A stretch of 63,950 nucleotides of DNA, the filler included, from Circinaria calcarea (taxonomy: Eukaryota), in NCBI GenBank assembly GCA_051942165.1. It is 26 parts of 26 records of this genome, joined end to end, with 100 filler letters (N's around TTAATTAATTAA, not from the genome) between each part and the next. Parts side by side here need not be neighbours in the genome. Positions count along the whole stretch, not along the records: positions 46,874 to 49,228 come from JAVECS010003616.1; positions 49,329 to 51,683 come from JAVECS010003617.1; positions 51,784 to 54,137 come from JAVECS010003618.1; positions 54,238 to 56,591 come from JAVECS010003619.1; positions 56,692 to 59,044 come from JAVECS010003620.1; positions 59,145 to 61,497 come from JAVECS010003621.1; positions 61,598 to 63,950 come from JAVECS010003622.1; 19 more parts are not named here. One strand, written 5' to 3'. A program made the translations under genes and the position numbers. Positions 47,857 to 61,622 of the stretch are shown here, piece by piece. Within the stretch, counting starts at the first letter, position 1. The number at the start of each line of letters is the position of its first letter. The notes under the pieces are model-generated. The model did no database searches. It saw only the letters and a list, made by a program, of their open reading frames with translations, and had not been told where the DNA came from.

Positions 47857-50800
47857 AATACTCTTAGAAGGTAACGCTGGTTCCGCACTCTTCGATGCCG
47901 GGCAACAGATTATAGATAGGGTTACAAATGATAAGGCAGAAAGAAGGTGCAGATTCAAGAAAGAGGACGTACCCTTTCGATACGACCTTGAAAGGAGGCT
48001 GAAGCTTCCTGGGCAGTGCAACCCTATTGCCTTTTCTTGTGCGACAGACGCAGAAGATTCTTCCATCTAACTCTGTTGTTTGGGAAATCGTCTTCAGCAA
48101 GTACTTAACAGGATATCAGTTTCCTATCGGACCATTGAAAACGCAAGGAAATCTCCCATGTCATCTTTATGCTTCCCATAGCGATGAAATATGTGGTAGA
48201 AGACAAAATTAGCCGTCAGAGCAACAAGTGTTCTGTGCGACTTGAAACCCATATCTGCCATCATACACAGAACGCACGCGTGCACGCGTGGTGGTGTGTT
48301 GTGGAGAGTGTATCTTGGCACGCTACTGTATGACTTATTTGTCCCTTCCATCTGTAGCTTAGAACCTCACCCATTCTTGACAGCACGAATCCCTCTTTCG
48401 GTCGAGAGGGTCACGCGGTTGACAAAAAAGATTGCAACCCGAGAAACTTGCCAACCGTAATTAGTGTGGCACTTCCAACAAGAGACGGCCTGTGCTAAAA
48501 GGGTGATCACAAACTTAGTGGTTACATTTAGGGCGATCACCTACAGTCGGCGTGTTGGGGGTTGCAATCTTTTTTGTCAACCGCGTGAGGGTGTAGGAAA
48601 TTTCTTTTTAGCGTGCCAGCGCCTTCAGCTAGGATACAAAGTACTACACGTGAAAGTAGATTTCTCTGGTGTCACGTTGAGAGAGCTTGGTCTGGAATTC
48701 AGCAAATCATAGCTTCCTACTGCCCAAAAAATTTGAGTAGAATGATCTCCGTTCTCTAGGCTGGAACCCCTCATTTAATACTACAAAAATGATGCACCTT
48801 CCTCAATAGGTTAGGAAGTCACCCCACAACGTCTATCGAGTATTTCAGTGAAAAACCTACAATCCTGTTGCGTGGTCGGGGGAAAGCCGGTGGACTTTAA
48901 AGATGCAAAAACTAAACGAGACTCTAAAGACTTGGGTGTGATTGTGCTGCAAGTTTGTTCCTGCATAAGATAAGTTAGAATTCTATCGGGGAAGATTCTC
49001 GAATATTTTTAAACTTATAACTACTCAATCAATGAAGAGTGAATTTGCTTGATCTGGACAATGTTCATGAATATCTCCGATTGCCCCATTATCTTCTACC
49101 TGCGAGCTCATTGCTGACGAACCATCCCAAACCCAAACCACTTCGCATACCTCCTTCCAATGCTATTCATCCTTTCCTTCAACATTCCACCTGCCCAGAT
49201 GCAGCGGATTTCCTGCGTACCCCTGGCCNNNNNNNNNNNNNNNNNNNNNNNNNNNNNNNNNNNNNNNNNNNNTTAATTAATTAANNNNNNNNNNNNNNNN
49301 NNNNNNNNNNNNNNNNNNNNNNNNNNNNCCAAGTGGCGGTAGAGGCGACCAAAATGGCGTTACTCTGGTCTAGTCCGGGGATTCGAAGGATAGAAGGGAA
49401 GGGGAGAGGGAGAGGGAGAAGAAGGCGGCGGAAGGGTGGGCTTTTAAGCATTCAGCCTGTAACGAGGCAAGCGATGCACGGGCGCGACCCGCCAAAAAGT
49501 GCCACTCTTACCCTCCGCATGCAGGCTGGAGGCTGTCTGGGATCAACTGTGACCTCGCCCCGGCCTATCCGTACGTGCGTTCATTCGTACTACACGGGGG
49601 CCTTGGATACCTGGCCCCCGATGGTCATCCACGGATGATTAGCTGTGTTGCGGTGAAGGAGAAGTCATCATTTGTATTCAGCCTTGGCTGGGCGCACACA
49701 CACAATCCAGCCCGAGATTTGTCATCCAACAGTGGGATCCTCCCTCAGTACCTCGAGCTCCTCCATTCTCCCACCTTGCCGCGCACAGACTGCAATTGGC
49801 AACGCCACAACTTGCTCTGTCCTCGATCTGACTTCAGATGACTTGAGGCTCCTCGCCCCACGTCTCCACAGATCTCCCAGCTGGAGCCGAGTGAGCAGAA
49901 GCAACGAAAAAGTGGCGGTGCGAGCTAGCAAAAATCCCTCATGTGGCTGCCTCTCCAGGCGTGGGGTGGTATCGCAGCGTGCCTCATTTGCCAACGCGGC
50001 CTCGAGGTTCAATCTACATCAAACCCTTTGTCTGCATCCGATCGGCAAGAGATTTCTGCTCGACGGAACAATATGTGAACATCCCCGGAGCCTTCTCCGA
50101 TATTGCTCCGATATTGCAGCACCCCCTTCACGAAACAATCACAGTACGTCAAGGTGACGATGCCGTCAGCCTGTTTGGAATGTGTGCAGGCTGAATGCTA
50201 CTCGGGCATGACAAGATCACTTTTCCATGAACTGCGCATCCAAAGTCCTCCATCCGCAATTCAAAAAACCGACAACTATATAAAAGCAATCCTGCTTTGT
50301 AGCCTGTACATGTTCTCCATCCTACATACCTCAGTAGTCTCCTGCAGGTAGATTCTTTCACCCCACGCGGGTAACCGTTTCTAGAAGAAGTTTATCACCC
50401 GACCCCTGTGGTCGATCTCCCGTCGTTCCCGCTCGCTTATCACAGTTATGCTGGTACGGTTGGAGTTGGTTCAAAGTTCACATCAATTCATACGTACGGC
50501 GAGAAGTATATAGTTTAGTAGGTAGTTAAAGTAGACTGAGCATTCCGGTTATCCTAGGACACACCCGCGAGCAGGCATGAAGAGGCTTCGGGATGTTTGC
50601 ATAGTCCGACACTGGAGTCGACAGCACGGTCGCCAGTTCTGAGAAGTGTGAGAAAGGAGTTCAAGCAGTGACTAGGGTCCGTAGTTTGGATCCTTGGAGC
50701 ATTAAGGGAATCCATCGTTCCTAATGCTATCTCTCGAAGAATGTGATTGACTAGCATGTATCGCTCGTTCTCTAACTTGTATAATGAAGGTGAAAGAGCA

Positions 50801-51783
50801 AAGGGTTCCGATAGGTCAAGAGAAAATGCAGGACACAGTCAAGGGAGTTACAGGAGAAAGATCTGGAGTTCTAGTCGGTTGAACAGATGAGGGACACTAG
50901 AGAGCAGCTACTTTGTACGAGATGAGGTGGTCGATGAGGTGGGTGGGCTGGTAACAGCACGCCTGTACTCGAGCGTATTGATCCAACCTGGATGTATCAA
51001 AAAATTGGGTGAATTGGATCAAGAGTGAACATGTCAAAGTGTGCAACTTTGTCGAGATTTAGCTCTTACTGCATTTCTAAGTTTCTCCACTGAATAGCTA
51101 TCGTGTGACTTGGGAAGCTCTGCAATCAGTATGCCTTGCAAATTTTGACACCATGAGCTGCTCAATGAGAAATCGTATCAATGCCACGCGCCCATATGTG
51201 CCAACATCTCCACCTTCAACGGCAGCACAAGTGACTCTTTGCCCTTCGCGAATCTCAAAGCGCTGGTATCTCACAGCCCTAGGCGAGGATGCTTCTCGTT
51301 AGTGCTGCTCTGCTGTCGTCGCAAAGATTCCCAGTGAGGACCAGATTACGCGACTGGCGAAGCTTCTTGAAAATGGCCGGAAAGCCAAGCTGTTCAAACT
51401 CCGAGATGACACACTGGATGGGGAGAATTTGCACCCGGACTCGTGACATGTACGCATAATCGGGTTCTGTTGCCTTTAATTGCAGGCTCTTGCAAATGGG
51501 ACCATTCTGAACCGGTTCCTCGCTGGCCATCACCTGAAGTAATCCTTTGAGCAGGGTCAATCCAACCATTTCAGCCCGGATAGGCACCGGTATCACGCTA
51601 GCGTACAGGTCCACTCGAAGTGCAAGTTCGATCTTCCTAAAGCGACGCAGCACATGTGGATAGATAATGCCGGTAAACTTGGTNNNNNNNNNNNNNNNNN
51701 NNNNNNNNNNNNNNNNNNNNNNNNNNNTTAATTAATTAANNNNNNNNNNNNNNNNNNNNNNNNNNNNNNNNNNNNNNNNNNNN

Positions 51784-52738
51784 TCCTGCTATGGGGATAC
51801 TTTTGATAGAACTGCCAATCACATAGCCTTCTGCCACTGGAATCACATGCGTCACACCGTCTCCCGAGTCAATGACTGTACCGGTAAGGGACCGGTCTGA
51901 CACTTTGGAGGAAGTCCAGGAAGCTGCTAGAGCAAGAACAGCTTGGACGGCAATATAAAGTCCGGCGCAATTAAAGGATTCGAACATGATTTCCGCGGTA
52001 TTCTCTCGATTTTCGGGCGGGTTCAGGGGCTGCTCGGCGTCAGCAACATGGTAATATCAGTAAAGTTTTCTCGGAAACATACCGGTTCTGTGAGCAGAAA
52101 ATAATGGTCCTCAGGTTCGACCCTGAGGTATTTGAAAATTGAGTTTGACCAAAAGCGTTCCATATGATCCTATGTATCTTAACATTGGGGTCATAATGAG
52201 TCAAAAGTCCCATAACTAACCCAATTCTCGACCTGGCCATGCCGCACTGGATATTGTATACCATAGCCTATTCCTTTTAGTAAACCAGCCTGTTGATGCC
52301 CTGCCATGGCTTTTCGTACCTGGCCCGCTGGCGGCGACTAACGCTTCATCGCCGATAAAGAAGTCCAAATCCTCAGTCCCCCTCTTGGCTGACAACGCGC
52401 CTCCCTCCCCGGCCCCTCCAGTGAGAAAAGTTGGTTTGTTTGCAACAGCCGGTCTTCCAGATCCTGAGCCCCCGGCTCCTCCTACCCCACCTTTTGTTGC
52501 TATCGCAGTGGGAAAAACGAAGGACGGAGCATCGTTACCCGCAAATCCTAGAATCGATTAGGGCCATATCTGAGTGAGAATTTGTCTAGCTGTCGCGTAC
52601 CAAGTTTTGAGAACCCCGTACCGCTTGTTCGTAGTTAGCTTGCTGACCCTCCACAACATGTACTGATTTAATGAAATCCGAGGGACCGGGAAACGGTACA
52701 TACTTGTCCATGACAACGGCGGGGGTTTGGGACGCCAT
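51784..52738 (-). CDS. ARP3: actin-related protein 3 (3' partial, multi-exon)
   Basis: [32 protein letters not shown]...[10 protein letters not shown]...[16 protein letters not shown]...[25 protein letters not shown]...[14 protein letters not shown]. Confidence 0.97.
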
Positions 52739-53743
52739 TCTTACAGCACTTCAACGATCTTCAGACTCCGCAGGTCCGGATATATTGTATTTTGAACGAG
52801 GTCATCTGATTCTGTTTCTCATGCCGTGAGAGTGGTGCTCCGTCTGACCTCAATGTATCCTTGAGTTCACATGGGAATGCGATCCTACCACAGGTCGGTA
52901 ATTAGCCGCGCGTCAGCCTTGTAGAAACTTAACCCGATGAGGGCAGAGCCATTACTCAAATGGACACTCAAACAGTAGTGATGTTGCTACAGGGTGACTA
53001 CCCGATATGGTATCAGATGTATGATGGGAAGTGGGAAGCCATTACTCTGTAGATACGACTAGTGATGTCGAGAAATTATCAAATAAATAGATTTCAGCTC
53101 GGTCACTACAGCATCAGTCATTTCTTAATGCCACCACGTTCACTTTTCCTAATTGCCGTCTGCGAATTCTAGACATTCGTCCTATTCTCAATCAACTCCT
53201 AACTGAGTATCTTGACGAGTACTGGCTACTCGGCAGCTTCTCCAAAACCCGCCTACTCAAGCATTGCCTTAATTATCTGTCCCCTCGTTCACTAAGCTGT
53301 GAATGATAGCTTACTTGATTCGACTCTCTTGGCCATAGACTTTGTCATATATCCATCCCCACCAGCGCAACACGGCAATTATTACAGCCATACCAAAAGA
53401 AAGAACTTGGAAACTCGCAGCCTCCTAGAACAACTTAAAGCACCTCTCGTTTGAACTCGCGAAACCTAATCCGAAAGATTAAAGGATCCTCGTTTACAAG
53501 CAGAACCGTATTATACCATCCTAGAGATTCTCTTGTTTTGGTCTGTATCTGCCGGTTCACTGGTACAACGCCAAGCTGTCTTCTGTCCGAGTCAAAGCCT
53601 GGCAACTGCGGCGCCAACTGAGAGACCTACGTCTCAAACTATCAGAACAAGTCCGGAGGCGGCAATCGAGAAAACGTACCGAGATTTAAGAAGTTGTGAA
53701 TGAATTACAGCTTGACGGTATAACCGAGCACACTGCCGTGACA

Positions 53744-54137
53744 ATGCCTTTTCGTCATCGCAGAAGGCTTCCAGGCGACATCTCTGCTATATTCGTGCAT
53801 GCAGGGGCTGGTTACCATAGTGTTCAGAATGAGAAATATCACCTGGAAGCTTGTGCTGAGTAGGTCATTTGTCTCTACGTTCGAGGGCTTGGTACCGTCC
53901 GGGTTGGTCGATCATAGCGGGGACCTAGCCTAAGTATCTTACATCGTCAAGCTAACTTCCCCAACTAGTGCTGCGAAGAGTGCCATGACCTTCCTTAAGA
54001 ACGGCGGGAGCGCTGTGGACGCTGTGGAGATGGCCATCACAGTCCTCGAGGATCGCGAGATTACAAACGCGGGATATGGGAGTAATTTAGCAATGGATGG
54101 GACGGTTGAATGCGATGCGACCATTGTCGATCACTTT
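53744..54137 (+). CDS. TASP1: threonine aspartase (taspase-1, type 2 asparaginase family), N-terminal part
   Basis: SAIFVHAGAGYHS...|...GSAVDAVEMAITVLEDREITNAGYGSNLAMDGTVECDATIVD; intron ~53860-53968. Confidence 0.9.
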
Positions 54138-54237
54138 NNNNNNNNNNNNNNNNNNNNNNNNNNNNNNNNNNNNNNNNNNNNTTAATTAATTAANNNNNNN
54201 NNNNNNNNNNNNNNNNNNNNNNNNNNNNNNNNNNNNN

Positions 54238-55091
54238 CGCCTAAATCTGTTTCCCAGGTAGAGACAACAATCTTCGGCTTTACTTACGGGCAGTGGGATG
54301 GACATGAGATACAGGTCCGTGACCACATTCAACACCACCGTGAAGAATAGATCATATCTTGATATGGCTGGCTGGCAATGGTCTTGGTCCAATCAGTGAA
54401 AATTGTGTCAAGTCAAGGGAGTTGGACCATATGCAAGGAGCTGACATACTGCCCGGATCAGGATAAATCTGCCAGTTCTTGCGGAAAGGGGCGCCACAGC
54501 CCGCGAGAATCGCGGTAATAGTTATGACATATGTAACACCAATAAAGATGAAACCAAGCCGGATCCGTATTCGCATATGTTGAAGACCGACTCTGGACCG
54601 GACGAGTAAATTAGCATCTTGCACCCCAGCCATCACTAGTAGGGAGAAGTGGTTTTCATAGCTTACGTTAGTCGGGTATAAAAGATACACATACACAGCT
54701 TCAGCAGCCAGAGAAGCAATGTGTATGAGGACCACCCCATAAGCTGGAGTTTAGATCCGCCCACTCTCAGCTTATACTGTTCCGAGTCAGGGGGCAGCGT
54801 CCGGCGCTGCTCGTCTGTCATGCTATTGTTGGCCAGCCCATGATAGATGGCCCCAACGGAGTAGGCGGCTCCTGTCTCGAGCGCGTAAACGACCTAGCCA
54901 TCAGAATTCAACAACCATCTTTCAGACACAGCCAAAGCGGGGGTATATACCACTGCCACGAGCATCAAGTAATCGTCGAGCATGAAGTTGCGGATGCCCA
55001 CGGAGCTCCATCGCGCATAAGTACGTAACGCCACGAGACCGATGCCCACACCCAGCAGAGCGAAGGCTTCCTTGGTGAATGCGTCTGCCAT
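54238..55091 (-). CDS. PTH11-like integral membrane protein (fungal rhodopsin-like domain, no CFEM), 3' partial
   Basis: VALRTYARW...FMLDDYLMLVA, GLANNSMTDEQR, GSK...GW..Y..LLW..K, CGAPFRKNWQIYPDPG, LNVVTDLYLMSIPLP. Confidence 0.85.
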
Positions 55092-56557
55092 GTTCGGAGT
55101 GAACTGAAGCGGTAAAGGTAGGTGAATCTCAAAGGGTACGGTGAAGCTTCGAGCTCCGTGGAAGACTGGGTGATAGATTTCTTGACCGAGGCGAGCGAAC
55201 GATATGGCTCAAGGACAGGCACCTCCAGCTTCAATCATTGATAAAGAGAGAGGCGACGGACGGGGAGGCGAAAGAGGAAGAGTTTGGCAGAAATCTCCGG
55301 GGACATTTGATAAGACGGAGAATGCGCGGCCATCGAACCTCATTAGTAGTACGATGTACCTCACTACTATACTAATACGGGAGTATGCGATGCAGATTTG
55401 AGGGGCTCAGCCAGCTCGCTTGTACGACGACACTACTGCTCCAAAGCGGCCAAAATGTGCGCGAAGATGCAGCAAAGAATGACGAGGATTAGGTATTGGG
55501 CTGGCGGCAATACGCAGGGTAATTCTGCAACCTCTCATTGTCAGTGTGAGCGATAGGCTTTCTGCACCAAACCGGGAACCCAATGACATGCCATCCTTGC
55601 AGAATGCCGAGTGAATGACGGGCATGGCTACTTTTTTCAGCCTGGCGTACAGAGTAATAACGGTGATGATGAACATGAAGCCCGATCCCTCGGTCGAGGA
55701 TCCACAGGTGACAGGACTGGGTGGGGAACAGCGGGACGGGCCGACACTATGAGGGAAAGGAGAAAAGCCTTTTCTTTTTGACAGGACCGAACGGGGTCTG
55801 ACACCATGTCGAAGGTGTGAAAAAGTAGGAAAAATAGAAAAGATGGTTGCAGTCCTGCCATTATTTCGTACCCAATGAGCCCTTTTGGGACACGGTGTGG
55901 ATGCCAACGGAGCTTTGATGCGCACCAATCGGAGAGTTGTCGGAAAACCGCACCCATAGGACTTTTTTTTTCCTCCAAGCAGATGCAGCTTTCCCTGGAA
56001 GACAGGAAAAAATGTCCTTTGCCGCCGGAGCTGCGTGCTGTACGAGCATTGACCGAAGAACATGGAGACCCGGGAACCTGGTGCACGAATCTGTCGGTTG
56101 CGCGAACCCGCATGGCTGTTGCAGATTACCTCTTGTGCTAATTGATGCTGGAGACGCGTTGATGATTCATTCGCGCCCAAAGTGTTCGCGTTATCAATGC
56201 CCCGTCGCTTAAGCTAACCCTGCACCAGTCGAAGAGGGGCAGCGTCGACCAGGTGATTTGGATGGTCGAGGAGCCCCTTTTGCTCCATCCAAGCAGGTAA
56301 GATTAACCGCATCTATAAGAGCAGGTAGACACGAAAGCACCAAGAAGAGGCTGCGGCCGCAATGGGAATGCTAGCGAAGGTAGCGTATTCTAGACGTTCG
56401 CTACGGTACATCCGACAAGCCCTACTTCCGATTGTCGCAACCGCCTTGACCTTCTTCCATCCCTTGCTATTTCTCGATCTTGAGAAAGCGAGCATCTCAC
56501 TCATCCTTTGCAAGGTCCACGCCGGAGTGAAAGCAGGTCTCGGAGAGCACGGGTGAG

Positions 56558-56591
56558 ATGGAAGAGGCTGATTTAGTCATCATAGGCGCGG
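56558..56591 (+). CDS. probable flavoprotein (FMO-like) first exon
   Basis: MEEADLVIIGA(G) at the contig end; only 11 codons are visible. Confidence 0.45.
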
Positions 56592-57173
56592 NNNNNNNNN
56601 NNNNNNNNNNNNNNNNNNNNNNNNNNNNNNNNNNNTTAATTAATTAANNNNNNNNNNNNNNNNNNNNNNNNNNNNNNNNNNNNNNNNNNNNCTTCTCTTC
56701 CCTTCCCCGTTCCTTCCCAAGATAAGGTAAAGAACGAGAAAAGGGGGTTGGGGCGGGGAAGAAGAATCATGAAAATTGAAACAAGAACAAGTAGGATTTT
56801 CACTCACAATCATTCGAATCATCTATGCTATGCTATCACTACACTTCAATTATTTATATGACCAGAAAAGACCGCCAACTTCCCCGATATACCCGGCTCC
56901 CTTGGACCCCCTTTCCACCCATGGCTGAAAATATCAGCCAAGATACCATTGGTCATGGCAAGGGTGTTGATCTCGGGGAAGAGCGTTGTGACATGTTTGG
57001 AGAGGACAAAGGTCTTTAAACTTTTCCCCTTTCGTTTACACCTCGGTTCTCCGACCGCACAAAGCGTCTGCTTCAAGGTTCCTTCCCGCTGCCCTCAAGA
57101 TTCTTAATAGAAAACCAACATAAAATCGTCTTGCTTAGTTCGCAGTTTTTCTAAAACTCAAAGCCCCTGCATA

Positions 57174-58303
57174 TCACCTTCCCTCCTTCAACTCCTGCAC
57201 CCGTAGATACTGTCCCTGCTCACCCGTCACCAATGGCGGTGCAGGTGCTGGCGGACCCGTCCCGCTTCTTCTTCTCCTCTCCCTTTCCACCACCCCCGGT
57301 ACCTCCCCTGCTCTCTTCGTCTTCCCAGCCACGGGCTGGCTCATCCACGCATCGTCATCTTCCCTACCCAGCCAGTACCCAGTTCCCACGCTTACCAGCA
57401 CTCTTCCCAGTTTTCCTCTCCAGCCGAAACCAGCGGGCAGGTGCGAGGCGAAGGGGTTCTCAATATAAGTGCTATCGGCGTTGCTGGCGCGGAGGTTGTA
57501 AGTTCGAGTGACGGAGGCCGTGTGTTGCCTCAGGATGAAGCGGGCGTAGCTGAGAACAATTAAAGTGAGGTAGATGCGTACAACCCAGAGAGCTAGGATT
57601 ACGACAAGGCTGCTGATACTTTCCGGTTGGACGAAACCAGGACCAAGACTAATTCCCTCTGTGGTTGCAGAAGTGCCGAATGCGGCGGCGGCGGCGGCGG
57701 CGGCGGCGGCTTCAGCACCAGCTGCTACCGCATCTTGGCCCCCCGCAAGGCCCTCGGCGGGCGCGGGCACAACCTCCACGTGGCTGACGTTGTACTTGGG
57801 ACTCGTGAACCCGGCTGTTTCATTCACCGTCTCCCCTCCCAACCCCAATTTTCCACTTCCTGATCCGGTGGCCTGGCTGATTACTAAGAACCAGGTCGTG
57901 GCAAACACGGCCGTATATCCTGCATTAATGATCCCGTCAATCACAAACACCCACGCCAGGGCGAGGGTTTCTAGCGGCGATTGTTTCCGGACGTGGGGAG
58001 CGAGATGCGCAAGCACAATGAGTGCGATAAGAGAGTAGATGTACATTGAAAGCTGGAGGGGGGAGAGGTGTAAGCCGGTTAGGAGGGCTAGGAGACCATA
58101 GAGCCCGGAGAGCTTGTTAAGGAGGAGGGAAAGGGTGGCGAGAGAGGTGCCGGTTCGAAGAGACATTAGGTGGAGAAATGTCTGATGAGAGGATTGTCAG
58201 CAGTGCAAGAAAAGCAGGTGGAAGGGAGGTTAGGCAAGCGTTGGAAAGGATTGGGGTTGCTTACTTTTGGTCGAGGTACTTGAAAGAGGCGAAACGGCGC
58301 CAT
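57174..58303 (-). CDS. KEI1: inositol phosphorylceramide synthase regulatory subunit Kei1 (DUF1753)
   Basis: MAPFRLFQVPRPK|TFLHLMSLRTG...NKLSGLYGLLALLTG...QLSMYIYS...QPES...RIY...SYAR...NPF...GWRGKLGR. Confidence 0.85.
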
Positions 58304-59144
58304 AATGATGAGTGAATAGAAGGGTTGATAGCATACAGTGAGGCTCTGTTGCTCTCAAAGTAGCCACCGGTGATTTGTTTCGTAGAAGAATTATGATTTA
58401 GGTTAGTGAAGAGGTGACTGGGTATGCCCATAGGGTTACGATCTGACGTCGAGAATATTCGTTTAATTCGGAGGACGCGGCATTGCTTACCAGTAGCCTT
58501 GTGCATGTACAAAGTTAATGTACGAAAAGACTAAAGTTATACAAGAGCATAAATCTCTAACCCTAACAGAGTACCTAGTCGAGGTTCTTTATTTACTTCA
58601 TGGTCGAGTTTCGACATCAGCATATGTATTGATCGCCCAAACAATCTCATAAGCCATCTCCAGGCTATTGCACGTGTACAAATCTGCAAACTCGAAGGTT
58701 GCCTCTACAAAATCCTAGCCCTATACAAGACTAATTGATACCTTCTCTTGCTTGGAATTTAAGAGCCAGCCCATAGTAAGATTGTTCATTCGGTTCTATC
58801 CAAGAAGCTTAAGGGGGTTCCAATGCTCGAGGGTGGCTCCGTTCAACAGTTTCAAGAATGTGCATAGCAACAACTTCAATACGTGACTTCTTTCAAGAGA
58901 TTTATCACCCCTTGCCTCCAGCCCTTTGAGTTCTCCAAGTTGACTAATAGACTGATACGTATCCTATCCTTATAACTCCCTCTCTTCATTCCCAGGGGCT
59001 TCCTCTCGGTGCACTCACTAGACTCTGGCACCATGTCTCCAATCNNNNNNNNNNNNNNNNNNNNNNNNNNNNNNNNNNNNNNNNNNNNTTAATTAATTAA
59101 NNNNNNNNNNNNNNNNNNNNNNNNNNNNNNNNNNNNNNNNNNNN

Positions 59145-60126
59145 GCCGGGCAAGGTTGAAGAATATGTTGGTTAAGACCACAGCCGTAGCATCGTGGGCC
59201 GGAAGGAAGATGTTCAGCAATTGGTTGCGAAGATCCGTCCGGTCTTTGGTTTCCCTGATCAGCTCATGGAGAAGCATATATCTTCTATTCCCCTTGTTCG
59301 AGGTAGTTTCTTCTACAACCCCATGCTGTAATGCTCGCTCTACATAGCCATCAACAAAATCCCGAGCAATTTTACACGAATCCCAGAATCGTTTGTCGCG
59401 GGTCAGAAAATTCCACTGCGGCATCTGGAGTCGTTTACCCGCACCCATTTGTGCGTAATTAAAAGCCGCGAGGAATGCTCTGGCGCCTGGTTTTGAGGCT
59501 TCTGGAAGTAAAGAATCCACCGACTCGCCGAACAAAAACTCGGTGGATGAGTCCAGCCCGAGTCGGGCAAGCAGCGGTTGCAGATCAACAGTGCTCCCAT
59601 CTCGAGGGATCAGATCAAGAAACCGGTTCACGTGCCTATGAAACGCCACCAGGTGGAGCTCCGCAATCTGGGCGCGGGCAAAAATCGGCCGGATCAGAGC
59701 GCGCGAGTGTTCCCAGAAAACGCCATCCGTGTTCATGATGCCCTTGCCTGCAAACGGCTCCAGCGCAAACAGCCGGATCGGCTGTAGGCCCCAACTCCGG
59801 GCGTCTTTCATGAGGACTGTTTGGATGTTCTGCGGCTCAATGCAGAAGAATTTTGTCGTGCCGTAGAGTTTCGATTGGAAGGTGGAGCCATATCTCTCGA
59901 ATTGGCTCTGCAAAGACAGGTTTACCCGATTCTCCTTGACGGAACGGAGAAATTGGAAGAGAAGATCGAGCCCGAAAATGAAATGGGCCTGAGAAAGTGA
60001 GGGAGGTGGCTTGCAGCCTTTTTTTCTGATAATCTGAAAGCGAGTCCAATAACGGAAAATCTCTCGAGTACCCTCGAATAGCGCGAAAGAGAGCAGGGCA
60101 ATAAGACAATAATATAGAAAAAGCAT
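59145..60126 (-). CDS. cytochrome P450, CYP52-clan-like (3' partial)
   Basis: N-terminal TM anchor + GCKPPP, EPQNIQ, GKGIMNTDG..WEHSRALIRPIF, VDLQPL..RLGLDSSTEFLFGES, I-helix LRNQLLNIFLPAHDAT. Confidence 0.93.
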
Positions 60127-60644
60127 TGCAATATTATAAATTTTTTAAGTCTTCCTTAACGATTACAACATGTGTAGAATCGGCACTCCGTATGGAGAAA
60201 TAAATTTTTAAAGGAATAAAGCCCGAGCAGGACAGGATGAGACTTTATACGCCTTGCATGTATGCAAGGCTAACTCTCCCTAGTACTGCTGAGCGCTTTG
60301 AGTAATCGCGGCTAGCTTATTAGCGCTACAATATTTATGCAGCGAAATATACAAGGACGCCGATCGATCCCATTGGCAAAAATTAGTAATCCTGTGCCAC
60401 TGGTGGCCAAGGCCCCTGGTATAGGACGTTGGATTGCTATAAAGACTTCTTTCTTTTCTTGCATATAATCATGGTGGTACGATGCTGGGGGTGTTTAGCC
60501 CGCAAAGATTTATCCCGAGTAAAGCATATTACATGGTACGCATTCTGCTTCATCTGGCTTGAAGCAATATTTTTATCTGGTACAAAATCGCGTCGACTCC
60601 GCCTACCAAGGCCCACCTTAAGCGGGCAGTGGCATTGTTGGTTT

Positions 60645-61497
60645 CTATTCTGTTTGCCATATAGCCTCGATGATAGCTAATCGTGAGGACGGTGGTTGCT
60701 TTACGCCCAAAAACTTGAAGCGAGAATCAGCATTCTCGAATAAACTGGTCCAATCTCCCAACTCTCGTTCTTTGGCGTTACTTTGCTCTAACATTGCCAG
60801 GTCGAAAGCTCTGTATCTTGTAAGCGAATGTTGCCTTAGCAGGAAGCCTCCGTCAAGGTTGCGGCTTATCAAGAGATTCTTCTAACCTTAATTGCCGTTC
60901 CTGAAGCAATGGTATTGCACCAGGCTCAGGTAGTACATACTCATGAATCACTATCCTTGCCCCCTCTTTCAGCGCTGGGATCAACGCTTTTAGAATCCGA
61001 ATAGAATACTTATCTGGCCAGTCATGAAAGATCCACCGAAAAAGATAAACATCTGCATTGTGTACTGGCTGTTCAGCAAAGAAATCATGGGCCATGAATT
61101 TCAAGCGATCTTTCAAGTCGGTCGGCACTACCGTAGCAAGGTCAGCTAAGACTTCGGGCTTATCTTGGACGATACAGGTGAGAGGAAATGCCTGGGCAAT
61201 TGCAAAGCTGAAGGAACCGTGGGAACCCCCAACGTCTACAACAGTACCCTCGCCAATGGAAGCCCAGGGGTAATTGTCCACTAAATGCCTTGGACTATAT
61301 CCGTCATCAAGACTCAACAGACCCATTGCCCCCGCAAAGCGTCGCGCCCTTGCAGGATCTTTCGAAAGCTCGTCAAAGATGTTATCTTCCGTATTATGTG
61401 CGATGTTATAGCCCTATAGAATATTATCAACATCTGCCGGAACTGCACATCTGTGCCTGGATGTTAGGAGATTAAGCACCGCATGATTTGGCTCTTG
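60645..61497 (-). CDS. O-methyltransferase (class II, OmtA-like), C-terminal part, spliced
   Basis: VVDVGGSHG, CIVQD.P, FMAHDFFAEQPV..ADVYLFRWIFHDWPD...ILKALIPAL, DLAML...NAKERE..DW..LF..AD.RF. Confidence 0.92.
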
Positions 61498-61622
61498 NNN
61501 NNNNNNNNNNNNNNNNNNNNNNNNNNNNNNNNNNNNNNNNNTTAATTAATTAANNNNNNNNNNNNNNNNNNNNNNNNNNNNNNNNNNNNNNNNNNNNAAG
61601 ATACTCCAACCACATCCGGATC

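Noticed and set aside
2377..61597. Regularly spaced TTAATTAATTAA palindrome every ~2.46 kb (array-like periodicity)
   Set aside because: Assembly linker embedded in N-runs; not biological and not a CRISPR array. ORFs ending in X...LIN or X...N are artefacts of it.
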